DNA from: Octopus vulgaris
Lineage: Eukaryota
Length of the DNA stretch: 64,000 bases
Reading direction: 5' to 3'
Assembly (NCBI GenBank): GCA_951406725.2
Contig: OX597816.1
Coordinates: forward strand, 9,238,001-9,302,000
Shown piece after piece: positions 12,748 through 24,870 of the stretch (position 1 is the stretch's first letter; each line of letters starts with the position of its first letter). The translations under genes were made by a program, and so were the position numbers. Under the pieces are notes generated by a model that worked only from the letters and a program-made list of their open reading frames with translations, searched no databases and had not been told where the DNA came from.

Positions 12748-12853
12748 TAATATATATTTATATTTACATACATATTTATACATACACACACACATACAAG
12801 CACCCCTACATGCTCAATATACACACACATGGGCACATACTAACACACACACA

Positions 12854-12897
<44 letters not shown>

Positions 12898-13291
12898 AGG
12901 TGAATGAGGAGAATGAAGAATCTGATCATTCAAACTTTATGTATATTTCCAGTTAGTTTATTCACAATAATAGTCTGACACATGTTTCAATTGCACCAGC
13001 TGCATATTCATATGCACCAATTTATGCATTATTAGTGTGATATCTTCAGGGCATAAAAGTATGACATTTTCCAAAGAGAAATTCTCCTCCACTATTAGTT
13101 TAAATTTTTATATTAGGTTTGGTAGTAGTAGGAAACCATGACATTCTTCTATGAGATGTTTTTCTCAACTGTTTGTTTGGGTAAAATTCAATAGCAGCAG
13201 CAGTGTTTGTTGAAGTTAGCAAATGTTAGCTAGGTGGGGAGTAGTTACTTATAGCATCTATACATACATGTATACATATACATATATATAT

Positions 13292-13633
13292 CGAAACAAA
13301 TATCAATGGAAATAGTAGTTGTGATACCTGTGCCGGTGGCACATAAAAAGCACCATCCGAACGTGGCCGATGCCAGCATCGCCTTGGCTGGCTTCCATGC
13401 CAGTGGCACGTTAAAAGCACCAACCGATCGTGGACGATGCCAGGTGGCACGTAAAAAGCACCCACTACACTCGCGGAGTGGTTGGTGTTAGGAAGGGCAT
13501 CCAGCTGTAGAAACACTGCCAGATCAGATTGGAGCCTAGTGCAGCCCCTGTCTTCCCAGACCCCGGTCGAACTGTCCAACCCGTGCTAGCGCGGAAAACG
13601 GGCGTTAAACGATGATGATGATGATGATGATGA

Positions 13634-13636
<3 letters not shown>
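13292..13636 (+). mobile_element. Family 1 SINE-like element
   Basis: Full family 1 pattern and (GAT)n tail. Confidence 0.85.
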
Positions 13637-13690
<54 letters not shown>

Positions 13691-14429
13691 TATATAAATA
13701 GTATATATATATATATAGTTGAAATTTATAGAAGAACAAATGATGAAGACAGGTGTATGAACAATAAGCAGGTGTATTAGTTTGATGCTCAGGAAAGTGA
13801 GAAAGTTTTTTATGCTTCATCATCATCGTTAAACATCCATCTTCCATGTATGCATGGGTAGGACATATATATATATACATATGTATATATATACATGTAC
13901 AAACACACACACATGTTTTGGAAATGGTGAGTACCTCTGTTTTTATAAAACAAATCTTATATTATTATAAAGAGAAGCAGATCTCCATCTGTTTGTCCTT
14001 TCCAACATCTATTAGAGGGAGGGAAAGAAGTGGAGGAATCAGAATATATGTCACAATGTATTTTTGGAAAAGGGGAAGGAGAAAAAATTGTTGTTGAGAG
14101 AGAAGTACTGTGTGTGTTTGTGTGTGTGTGTGAGAGAGAGAGAGAGAGTGAGAGAGAGTGTGTATAGCTATGTGAAAGATATATAAACAGATAAGTAGGT
14201 AGTGTTGTCACCATAGTAACTAACAAATTTTTATTAAAAATCCAGGAATGTTACGTGCAAGTCTATCAACACAATGCAACACAGCTTGAAAAACAAAAAG
14301 ACAAAAAGTTTCTTTCAAAATTCCTAATTTGTTTTTCACACGTTAACTTGTATAGGTTGAATTATGTAAACTGTTAGAGAAAGAAACCTAGCTGTTTCTT
14401 GCAATACATATCATTACATACATCTAAAG

Positions 14430-14959
14430 CAATATTTTTTCAAGGGTCCTTAAAATACCATTGTGGACACCCAGTTTCCTATTTTGTTGCATGAACCACC
14501 AATTTCCTATTTTGTTGTGTGAATCCCTAATGTCCTATTTTTTTGTGTAGCCCCCAATTTCCTATTTTGTTGCATGGACCCCCAATTTCCTATTTCGTTG
14601 CATAGACCTCTAATTTTCTATTTTGTTGTGTGGATCCCCAATTTCCTATTTTGTTGTGTGGACCTCCAATTTCCTATTTTGTTGCATGAATCCCTAATTT
14701 CCTATTTTTTGTGTAGACCTCCAATATCCAATTTTGTTGCATGAACCCCCAATTTCCTATTTTGTTGCATGGACCCCAATTTTCTATTTTGTTGTGTGGA
14801 CCCCCAATTTTCTGTTTTGTTGTGTGGACCCCCAATTTCCTATTTCATTCTGTGGACCCTTAATTTCTGATTTTGTTGTACGGATCCCCTATTCCCTGTT
14901 TTGTTGTGTAGATCCCCCCCACACACAAATATTATATGGACCCCAGTTGAGAACTTTTG
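14430..14959. mobile_element. hAT (Charlie-like) MITE filled with a ~28-bp minisatellite (~16 units)
   Basis: 8-bp TSD atctaaag at 14422-14429 and 14960-14967; end ttgagaacttttg; unit aatttcctattttgttgtgtggacccc. Confidence 0.75.
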
Positions 14960-15430
14960 ATCTAAAGCATGAGACCTAGTGTGCTGAAAGCTTGCTTAAC
15001 CATTTGACAAATCTCTGTCAGTCTAATTCCATTGAATTTACTCTGTCATTTCAACTCAGAGTGTCTCATCACTCAACAGGCATCATTCAAACAAATTACA
15101 AGTCTATACTGATGTAGTCACTTCAGTAAGGGTTTTAGATTGAAAGAATGTATGTGTGCTTAACAGTGTAGAAAATACGAAGTAGACAGAAATAGTTTGT
15201 TAGTAACACACACTTTGGGAAAAATAATAATATTATCTCTGATTAACACAGACATAACTTTCAGAATTCTCATGCACTGAAATACAAACCTTCTCACAAA
15301 AGATAAATAGATAAGACATACAGTAAATATACAAATATACAGACACAGAAGTAACCACCACCACACACAATCATGAAAAAAAAAAAATGGTTTATTATTC
15401 TAACAATGAAAGTATTGAAGAATGACTTAC

Positions 15431-15487
15431 AGAATTATCTTTTTTGTTGAAAACGGGCATTGATACCGACGTGACTAAGCGCATATT
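15431..15487 (-). CDS. CACNA2D3: alpha2delta exon G (57 nt): NMRLVTSVSMPVFNKKDNS
   Basis: Not in ORF track; ttttcttgcag acceptor, gtaagt donor, phase 0/0; LxTxVxMPVF Cache strand. Confidence 0.93.
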
Positions 15488-17102
15488 CTGCAAGAAAATG
15501 GTTCATTATCAGTTTCGGCATTTTAACTTCAGCGTTATTAACGAACTACAAAAATATTGAATTCTCGTGTAGTCGAGTGAATTGTGTTATTTCTGTATGT
15601 AAGAAGTGGAGTACAGGTTTTTGAAGAAAACATGTTTTATTTGCATCTGACACAAACAAAAGGAAAAATAACTGCAACTCATTTTGTGGTTAACAAAGAA
15701 TTTTGCCTTAATCAAGCTAATATTTTGAATATTATGTGTTTTCTCACACAAATATTAAAGACACTCTGAAAACAACAAAAATAACATAATTTTTGTTTTG
15801 TTTCTACACAATGATGAAACAAAAGATATTTTAGGAGTAGAGAGATTGAATATTATGGTGTTCAAACTTTTTCACAAGAATATCAAGAATTGAAACCTTA
15901 ATTGAGTTTTCAACCTACTTCTGATTATCAATAGCTTTATTTCACATACTTTTTTAAAGGCTGCAGGGAAAACCCATGCGTTTATGTTCCTAATCAGTTT
16001 TTATCATATTTTCTCTGATCACCTGAGCCATGGAATCCTAATGACATCTAACTACCTCAGTCATATTTTCAAAACAGTAATAGTTCTCCTTTTCCATGTG
16101 TAATTTCTTTTTAAAAAGAAAAGAATTAAAAAATATAATTACTCTACAGGTTTTCTGCTTTGCAATTAGCTCAATTCTATATGCAATTCCCACTTTTAAA
16201 ATGTTGGAACTTAATAGTTAATTCATCATTAGCCTCAAGCAGCTAGTAAAATTATCACCTGAGATAACACCTTATTTGATGGGGTTCAAAACATTAGCTG
16301 ATTACAGCACATGGAATTGGTTTTATCATAATGAGAATCTTGCATAAAATAATGTAATAAGCATTTTATTTTCATAAACTAATTAATATGACGTTATTTA
16401 AATGTTATTCATATAGACAATGAATATACTTGTAGTATTTGTTGTTGCTGATGATGTTGATGTTATTGGTATTGTTGCTGTTGTTGATAGAATGATTATA
16501 AAAAAAACCCCAAAAAACTCATGAAAATAATGCTGAAACTAGCAAACCAATAACTTTGTTCCTACTTGATATTCAGTTTTCTTTTTATTATTTATACAAA
16601 GTTTCCTCCAATCCAATATTCTGTAGCAGAATGTTATTAGTGTAAGCTCCTACAGCCACAGGCCTTTCATAATTCTAATCTGTTATAGACCGAAGGCAGT
16701 ATTTCTTCACAGTAACAACAAATATTTGAATATATACAGTAATAGGAATTTTTGCAAGTACAGTTCACATTGAAATATTCTATAATCTCATAATCTACAA
16801 TTATCTACCGAATCCACTGAACTGGAAAATAGATAATACATATTTATTTCACTAGAAACTGAAATTAAAATTGTTGAGAATAAAATAAGAATAATTATGT
16901 TACATTATCACTATCAGCATACTTTTCTATTCTCATATATGCCAAATGAGCAAATTCATTGTAGCTTTTGAAAACTGTCTTGATATTCTTACAATTCCTC
17001 CTATATCAAGTTTTCCTCTGTATCATTTTACTTTAATCTTTATAATTTACTTCAGTAAACATATTACATCCTTCGTTACCATATTTATGTTGAAATACAC
17101 TC

Positions 17103-17464
17103 TTTACTCCTACTCTTTTACTTGTTTCAGTCATTTGACTGCGGCCATGCTGGAGCACTGCTTTTAGACGAGCAAATCGACCCCAGAACTTATTCTTTGT
17201 AAGCCTAATACTTATTCTATCAGTCTCTTTTGCCGAACTGCTAAGCTATGGGGATGTAAACACACCTGCATCAGTTGTCAAGTTATGTTGGGGTGACAAA
17301 CACAGACACACACACATATATATACATATATACAACAGGCTTCTTTCAGTTTCCGTCTACCAAATCCACTCACAAGGCTTTGGTCAGCCTGAGGCTATAG
17401 TAGAAGAGACACGGAACCATGTGGTTGGTAAGCAAGCTACTTACCACACAGCCACTCCTGCGCT
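17103..17464 (-). mobile_element. tRNA-headed SINE (family 3, head ggcgcaggagtggctgtgtggtaag), internal deletion
   Basis: Reverse complement of 17620-18040; sits in a decayed piggyBac-type MITE. Confidence 0.88.
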
Positions 17465-17619
17465 TGTTTCAATAAATTTCAAAAATAATGAAGAATTTAC
17501 TGAAATAATTTTATCATTATTAAACTGATGTTTAGAACATAAACTAAAATGAAACTTTTGAAATTTTTTAAATTTTTAACATAGAAGATCACTTTAAAAC
17601 AAAAAATTTATATTTTTAT

Positions 17620-18040
17620 AGGTGCAGGAGTGGCTGTGTGGTAAGTAGCTTGTTTACCAACCACATGGTTCCGGGTTCAGTCCCACTGCGTGGCACTTTG
17701 GACAAGTGTCTTCTACTATAGCCTCAGGTCGACCAAAGCCTTGTGAGTGGATTTGGTAGTCGGAAACTGAAAGAAGCCCGTTGTATATATGTACATATAT
17801 ATATATATATGCGTGTGTGTGTTTGTGTGTCTGTGTTTGTCCCCCTAGCATTGCTTGACAACCGATGCTGGTGTGTTTATGTCCCCGTTACTTAGCGGTT
17901 CGGCAAAAGAGACCGATAGAATAAGTACTGGGCTTACAAAAAAGAATAAGTCCTGGGGTCAAGTTGCTCGACTAAAGGCGGTGCTCCAGCATGACCGCAG
18001 TTAAATGACTGAAACAAGTAAAAGAGTAAAGAGTAAAGAG
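17620..18040 (+). mobile_element. Family 3 SINE, full length
   Basis: A/B-box-like head, ttggrcaagtg core, internal TA/TG run, (gagtaaaa)n tail. Confidence 0.9.
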
Positions 18041-19160
18041 TAATAGAATCAGGGGTAGCATCAGGCAGGTTAATGGTATTTCAATTCCATACCTTGTGAG
18101 CAATACTTGGTGATAATCACTCCTGAATTTAATGATAGTAAATCTACATAATGAACACACTAAGAACACTGCAGTCAGTGTAAAGATGGAAGTGTGCATA
18201 CAAATACCAGTAGCAGAGGTTCTATAGTTTCAGTTTTACTGAAACTTTCTCTACATACATGTGTCGTATTAGGTCTGTTTCCCAGCCAAAACAGGCATGG
18301 CTTGACAAGTGGATGTTATTTATAATACTAACCAAACTAACACAACTAATACTCTAATACAAACCAATTCTAATACAACATGCTTCAAAGCAATAAGGAG
18401 GCCTCTTTGTGGCCATTCGATATACTAGAAACAGCAGTTAAATCTTCCCTGGATCACGTTCCATTGAATTGTGTCAGTTTAGCAGACATCAGCACACTTA
18501 AGCAAATAATTTGTCTGCTGCATTCTATAAACAAGAGCTGATCTGTAAGTAGCATCGACTGAAGAGACATGGCCAGTATGAAACACCACATGGTCTCAAA
18601 GTCCCCTCACTTCAATGAATTGAGTGTTTTGTGAGCACACGTTGAAATGAAAAGATAATGTTGATGATGATGATGATGATGATAATCATCATCATTGTTT
18701 AACATCCGTTTTCCGCGCTAGCACGGGTTGGACGGTTCGACTGGGGTCTGGGAAGCCAGGGGCTGCACCAGGCTCCAGTCTGATCTGGCAGAGTTTCTAC
18801 AGCTGGATGCCCTTCCTAACGCCAACCACTCCGCGAGAGTGATGATAACAGTGCTAAATATAAAACAAAGACAGAATGACTGCAGCTGGAATGCCTTACA
18901 TCTTGTGACTGATGATGTCTGACATACAATACAATAATAACAGCAACATCAAGAACAAGAAATTTCTATTTGTTTCTCAACTGGCTAGACTAAAGAGAGG
19001 CATTACGTATCACAAATAGAAGAGATTGAACAACTGTCTACAAAGATATAAGTTCAAATGTTTGTCAGACATATTTACTCCAGGGTAAATACAACTAAGA
19101 TTCAATTGTTAAAAGAACAAGAGTTGAAGCTGTGAATCATATATAAAGTTTATCACTTAC

Positions 19161-19268
19161 GTCTTCTGTGAGTTCTGGGGCAATGAAATCAGCATAAACC
19201 GGCGTCCACATTATGTGTGGATGAGATGTGGGTTTTGCCAGTGGTTGACTTAGCACCTTAACATAGTT
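19161..19268 (-). CDS. CACNA2D3: alpha2delta exon F (108 nt): NYVKVLSQPLAKPTSHPHIMWTPVYADFIAPELTED
   Basis: Not in ORF track; ctactttctag acceptor, gtaagt donor, phase 0/0; YxxVLSxP and WTxxYxD Cache motifs. Confidence 0.95.
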
Positions 19269-19767
19269 CTAGAAAGTAGAAAGAAAAAGAAGTGTAAAAA
19301 GGGAGAAATACATTGAAAACAATAAATATGAATGTGAGTGTAATGAAGGATGAAATGTTTCATATCATTGGGATATCTATTCAGTGATGATTTATTATAT
19401 TTATTTCTCTCTATAAAATGATGTTATCTAGTAATCATATTATAGGTTATGTTATATACTAAAATATATTTCATATGGATATCTAATATGAATCAGAAGT
19501 TTGAAAAAAAAAAAAAATCCTACTTGATACTATATCGGTGCAGGCATGGCTATGTGGTAAGTTTACTTCCTAATTACATGGTTATGGGTTCAGTCCCACT
19601 GTGTGGCATGTGTCTTCTACTACTGTCTTGGGCTGCCCAAAGCCTTGTGAGTTGTAAATATGTGTGCAAGTGTGTGTGTGTGTGTGTGTGTGAGTCTTTG
19701 CCCCCCCCCCCTCCACTTTACAACCAGAATTAGTATGTTTATGTTCCTGTAACTTAGTGGTTCAGCA

Positions 19768-19823
<56 letters not shown>

Positions 19824-19947
19824 TAATAATAATAATAATAAAATACTATGAGTTTTTTTGCCCTAGGAGTCAGGAAGACACTCGGCAAGAAATGGAAGCA
19901 AATTTGAAAGAAGAAGAAAAACCCATAAATAATAATAATAACAATAA

Positions 19948-20503
19948 ATGCCCTGATGCAGTACCAGGCAGTGGCTCTCGTGGATTCTGATCTTAACTGA
20001 TTGGAAGTGTTATCATGTACATTGTTTTGTCTTGGTATAAAAGATGGGCTACAGCAAATATTCTGCTCAATACCACAGATTTGCTTGTCAGTTGTTTGTC
20101 TTTAACCAGTTGAGCATGTCTCTTAGTGCCTGACGATATGTACATCTCTGATCATGAGCAGAAGTAGTGGGGGAGCATCATAGCCATGTGTTGAGAGGAA
20201 TTCTTTGGGGTTTGAATAATTCACCTCTGGAAACATGGGTGGTTCGTTCAACATCCTTAAACAATCCTTATTCAGGGACCTTTTGAGCAGGATGGGTTAC
20301 TCGACCAGAAGAAAATTCTAACCGGGCCCCACCTGCAAGGTCATGTGCTGTTTATCTTGATATGAGACCACCATGTTGTGCACATATGGTTGTGATGCAT
20401 GTGCCTAGTGTACCCTTATCAGACAGGCAGTCATGATGGGTATACTGGACTTCGTATATTTTACACCAATGTCACTTTGATGACATGCACTGCTCTCTCA
20501 CTC
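19948..20503 (+). mobile_element. (TAA)n-embedded ~560-bp element, full-length copy
   Basis: Reverse complement of 8978-9534; directly follows an R4-type 3' UTR and TAA run. Confidence 0.9.
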
Positions 20504-20535
20504 AATAATAATAATAATAATTATAATAATAATAA

Positions 20536-20907
20536 TCCTTTCTACTAAAGTCACAAGGCCTCAAATTTTGGGGGAAGGGACAAGTTGATTACATTGAGCC
20601 CAGTACATGACTGGTACTTAACTTATCGACTCAGAAAGGATGAAAGGCAAAGTTGACCTTGGCAGAATTTGAATTCAATAATAATAATAATCCTTTCTAC
20701 TACAAGCACAAGGCCTGAAATATGTGAGAAGGGGACTAGTCAGTTACATCGACCCCCAGTGTTTAACTGGTACTTAAGTTATTGACCCTGAAAAGATGAA
20801 AGTCAAAGTCGACCTCGGTGGAATTTGAACTCAGAACATAGTAACAGACAAAATACCACTAAGCATTTCACCCAGTGTGCTAACAATTTTGCCAGCTCAT
20901 TGTTTTA

Positions 20908-20963
<56 letters not shown>

Positions 20964-21270
20964 AATAATGATTTCTTTATTGGCCACAAGGGCCGAACAC
21001 AAAACAAATAGGGACAATATAATACAAGGGACAAGTAGGGTGTTGGACAATAATAATAATAATCCTTTTTTTCTTTACTATAGACACAAGGCCTGAAATT
21101 TGGGGGAAGGAGGATAGTTGATTACATCGATCACAGTGTTTCACTGGTACTTAATTTATCGACCCCAAAAGGATGAAAGGCAAAGTCGACCTCAGAGGAA
21201 TGTGAACTCAAAATGTAGCCATAGACAAAATATTACTAAGCATGCTAACGATTCTGCCAGCTCACTGCCT
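20536..21270 (-). mobile_element. Cluster of family 2 SINE copies
   Basis: Three reverse-oriented cores ctggtacttaa...gatgaaaggcaaagtcgacc. Confidence 0.8.
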
Positions 21271-21293
21271 TGACAACAACAACAACAACAAGT

Positions 21294-21650
21294 GGAGGCA
21301 CAATGGCCCAGTGGTTAGCGCGGTGGACTCGCAGTCAGAGGATCATGGTTTCGATTCCCAGACCAGGCACTGTGTGTGTTTATTGAGCGAAAACACCTAA
21401 AGCTCCATGAGGCTCCGGCAGGGGGTGGTGGCAACCCCTGTTGTACTCTTTCGCCCCAACTTTCTCTCACTCTTTCTCCTTGTTTCTTGTCCCTGACTTC
21501 CTACGCAACTGCTGAGCCTGGATGCACATTCATCCATCTGTTGATGCTCTAGGTGTCGGGGGTTGACCTGCTTTCTCTTCTGCGGGTCTTACAAATAGCA
21601 AAGGATCACGTTTCAGACTTCTCCCACTCTGGGACGAAGACCGCTTTGCT
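21294..21650 (+). mobile_element. tRNA-headed SINE, family 4 head with a different 3' body
   Basis: Head ggaggcacaatggcccagtggttag...gtttcgattccc matches 25754-26128 for ~190 bp then diverges; (CAA)n flanks. Confidence 0.8.
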
Positions 21651-22437
21651 CAACAGCAACAGCAACAACAACAACAATAATATATTATATGGCATAGCAT
21701 TATAGTAGCACACACTTGCCTAAAGTGCTGCTATATAGTGGTAGTGAACCTAAAAATCACACGGTTGGGATGTGAAATTCTTAATCATACACCCAAGCTT
21801 ACACCAACAACCACACAACCATGCTTAGCCATCTGCCCATCCAGCCATCCATCAATCAATCAAACATTGGGTCAATTCTTTTGCATGTTACCAACTTTTT
21901 CTTTATGCATCAATGATGTACATGTTCACTCTTAATATTTCCCAGCAGAACATATTAAGTATGAATCTGTAGGATGCAGAGTGACAAGGCTGGAACTTTA
22001 AATCATCAGGATTAAAGAAAAAAGATCAATCCAATGAGAAAGAGGCTTGGATTGTTCTGAAGTCATAGTAAAAGACACTTGTCCAAAATGCAATGGGACT
22101 GAAATCTCACTGAATGGAATCTGTTTAATAATAGAAAATATAATGTCGGTTGGCTATATATGAAACCAGCCTTAGCAAACATATTCTGTGTTTTGCTAGA
22201 AAGAGGTAGAAACTGATATCAGTCCGAGATGTAAAGTTATCGGTAAATGTTTTTGATTTTCACTCTCGATAAATTTATCTCCTTTTTGTGTTCCCAGCAC
22301 TTGGCTTCCTTATTTGGGAGCCCTTTATTATATTTCTACATGAATAATATTTTTCTATATGAATAACATTTTGTCTAATGACTAATTCGTCTTTTGTGCT
22401 GAGCCACTGGTAGTAATCTATATTATTACCCTTTTTG

Positions 22438-22485
<48 letters not shown>

Positions 22486-22909
22486 TGCAGAGGGAGTTAA
22501 TACAAAAGGTGCAGGATGAACGCACATCATAGGCTTGGTGGCATTCAATGCGTAAAAGAATGTGACACACACACACACACAGTGGGAGAGAATCATAGAG
22601 AAAGAGAGAGAGAGGATGTAGAGGAGAGGAAGTAATCAATTGTTTGATTAATCATTTGGTTAATCATTCAATCAATCATTTAGCTAGGTTTGTTAGAGTC
22701 CTTTCGTCACCATTTGTGACCTAATCAATGACATGCTCTCACTACTCCAGGTAATTTTTCGTCCCATCTTATCCAATGGAAATATATTTGTCTCCTAATA
22801 AATGAAATCAACAGAACAAGAGACCAAAGCACAAAATAAAGCTGTGGGAAAAAATAAAAAGTGAGTTGGCCAAAATATGAATCTGATATAATTGCTGAAG
22901 GGTAATTAC

Positions 22910-22959
22910 CTGCACACGTTCCTCTACGTCAGCCAAAGTGGATATGTGTGTATAGAAAC
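22910..22959 (-). CDS. CACNA2D3: alpha2delta exon E (50 nt): (G)FYTHISTLADVEERVQ
   Basis: ctttgcag acceptor, gtaatt donor, phase 1/0 completes Gly split with exon D; matches GFFTQISTLADVQENV type motif. Confidence 0.95.
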
Positions 22960-23351
22960 CTGCAAAGATTAGAGAAGAAAATAATAATTCAAACATTTCT
23001 CTCCAATTAGAATTCCCTTATATATTAATTAAATTCTAAATTCTGTTTACATGCAGGCATACATTACCCATCATGGGTCTTTATACACACACATAGATAG
23101 ATAAACCACGCACACACATATATATACATAACTGTGTGGTAAAGAAGTTTGCTTTGTAATCATATGGTCCAGTATTTAGTCCCCTTGTACGGCATCTTCA
23201 GCAAGTGTCTTCTGTTATGGCCCTGGGGCAATGAGCAACAAAATGTCTTGTGAGTGAAGTTGGTAGAGAGAAACAGTACAAAGTGTGTGTATATATATAT
23301 ATATAAGTGTGTGCATGTGTGTGTGTGTGTGTGTGTGTGTATGTATATATA

Positions 23352-23972
23352 TCATCATCATCATCATCACCATTTAACATCTGCTTTCCATGCTGGCATT
23401 GATTGGACAGTTTGACTGAGGACTGGCAAGTTGGGAGGCTGCACCAGGCTCCAATCTCATCTGGCAAGATTTCTACAGCTGGATGCCCTTCCTAATGCCA
23501 GCCACTCCAAGAGTGTAGTGAGTGCTTTTTATGTTCCACCAGCATGGGAGCCAGTCAGGCAGCACTGGCATCGACCACACTTGAATATACATATATATAT
23601 ATATATATAGTTAATCCAAACAAGAAAGCACAAAAAAACACAACAACGCGAGGACGTGGAACATATATATATATATATATATATTGAGCAAAGTCGTTGC
23701 CAGTGCCACTAGACTGGCTCCTGTGCAGTTGGCACGTAAAAAACACTATTTGAGCATAGCTGTTGCCAGTATCGCCTGACTGGCCCTTGTGCCGATGGCA
23801 TGTAAAAGCACCTACTACACTCTCAGAGTGGTTGGCGTTAGGAAGGGCATCCAGCTGTAGAAACTCTGCCAGATCAGATTGGAGCCTGGTGCAGCCATCT
23901 GGTTCGCCAGTCCTCAGTCAAATCGTCCAACACATGCCAGCATGGAAAGCAGATGTTAAACGATGATGATGA
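23352..23972. mobile_element. Head-to-head inverted pair of family 1 elements
   Basis: 23352-23585 (-) and 23685-23972 (+), ~100 bp spacer. Confidence 0.85.
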
Positions 23973-24500
23973 TATATATATATATGTATGTATGTATGCA
24001 ATTTTCTGGACTAATGGGTATATGTCAATTAGTAAGTTGAGTAAAGCACATTCACAGTTTGGGCTACCTGGTGCCATCCACAGTTGGGATATATTTCCAC
24101 TGGATCTCTGTCAGGATTTTCACAGTGTCAGTTGTGATAATAATTGAAGAAGGAAACAACCTAAGTGTAATTTTTCTTTGATCGGTTGTACTCTCTATAC
24201 TTTGTGATTGTATGAGTTTAATTTTATGTTATATACTCACAGACAACTGTAGCTAGCCCCATTAGCAAGTCATTACCAAAATATAGGGGGCAAAAACAGT
24301 ATGTCTTGGACAACACAGTATATTTAGGAGGACATCCCCTTGTACTTCATGTGATGCAAACTGCACAGACTGATGCAACACAATTAGCTGCACAATATCC
24401 TACCCATAATGGACAGCCGCAGGATGGGTCGAAACGATTGTTGTACTGAATAAAGACTAGTGCCAAAGCTGTCTTCCATTTCCTTCATCAATTACATACA

Positions 24501-24870
24501 TCTTTATATATAAAAGTAAGGTTGTGTGCTGTCTGTCTCCTACGATTTAGATTCCTAACTACTCCCACATTTTGCGGTGCAGTCGTGATTCATATCGAGC
24601 CCTTCTGGGTATTAGCGCGTGTCTACGATGAGTCTATGATTTAAAAAAAATTTACCATCGATTTTTCCCATTTTTAATGCATTTTTGGCATATATAAGGG
24701 AAGTAACTCTCTAAAAATTTATTATTAAATCTCAGAACGTAAAAAGCTACAGTAACACCCACCCCTTTGTGGTTAGCCATATTGAAATGGCTATTATACT
24801 TTACATCTCTAAAAATGCTTATATAGTTATTTCCCTTACAAACCCGAGCAATGCCGGGCGATACTGCTAG
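24501..24870 (+). mobile_element. Non-autonomous Helitron (370 bp)
   Basis: 5' A|TC, subterminal hairpin cccgagcaatgccggg (24843-24858), 3' CTAG|T, no TSD. Confidence 0.88.

Noticed and set aside
14461-14945. CRISPR-like regular repeat
   Set aside because: Contiguous 28-bp units without unique spacers; eukaryotic minisatellite.
18091-18141. Possible minus-strand micro-exon ending AAG|gtatgg between exons F and G
   Set aside because: Both nearby acceptors give an immediate stop in the required phase 0.
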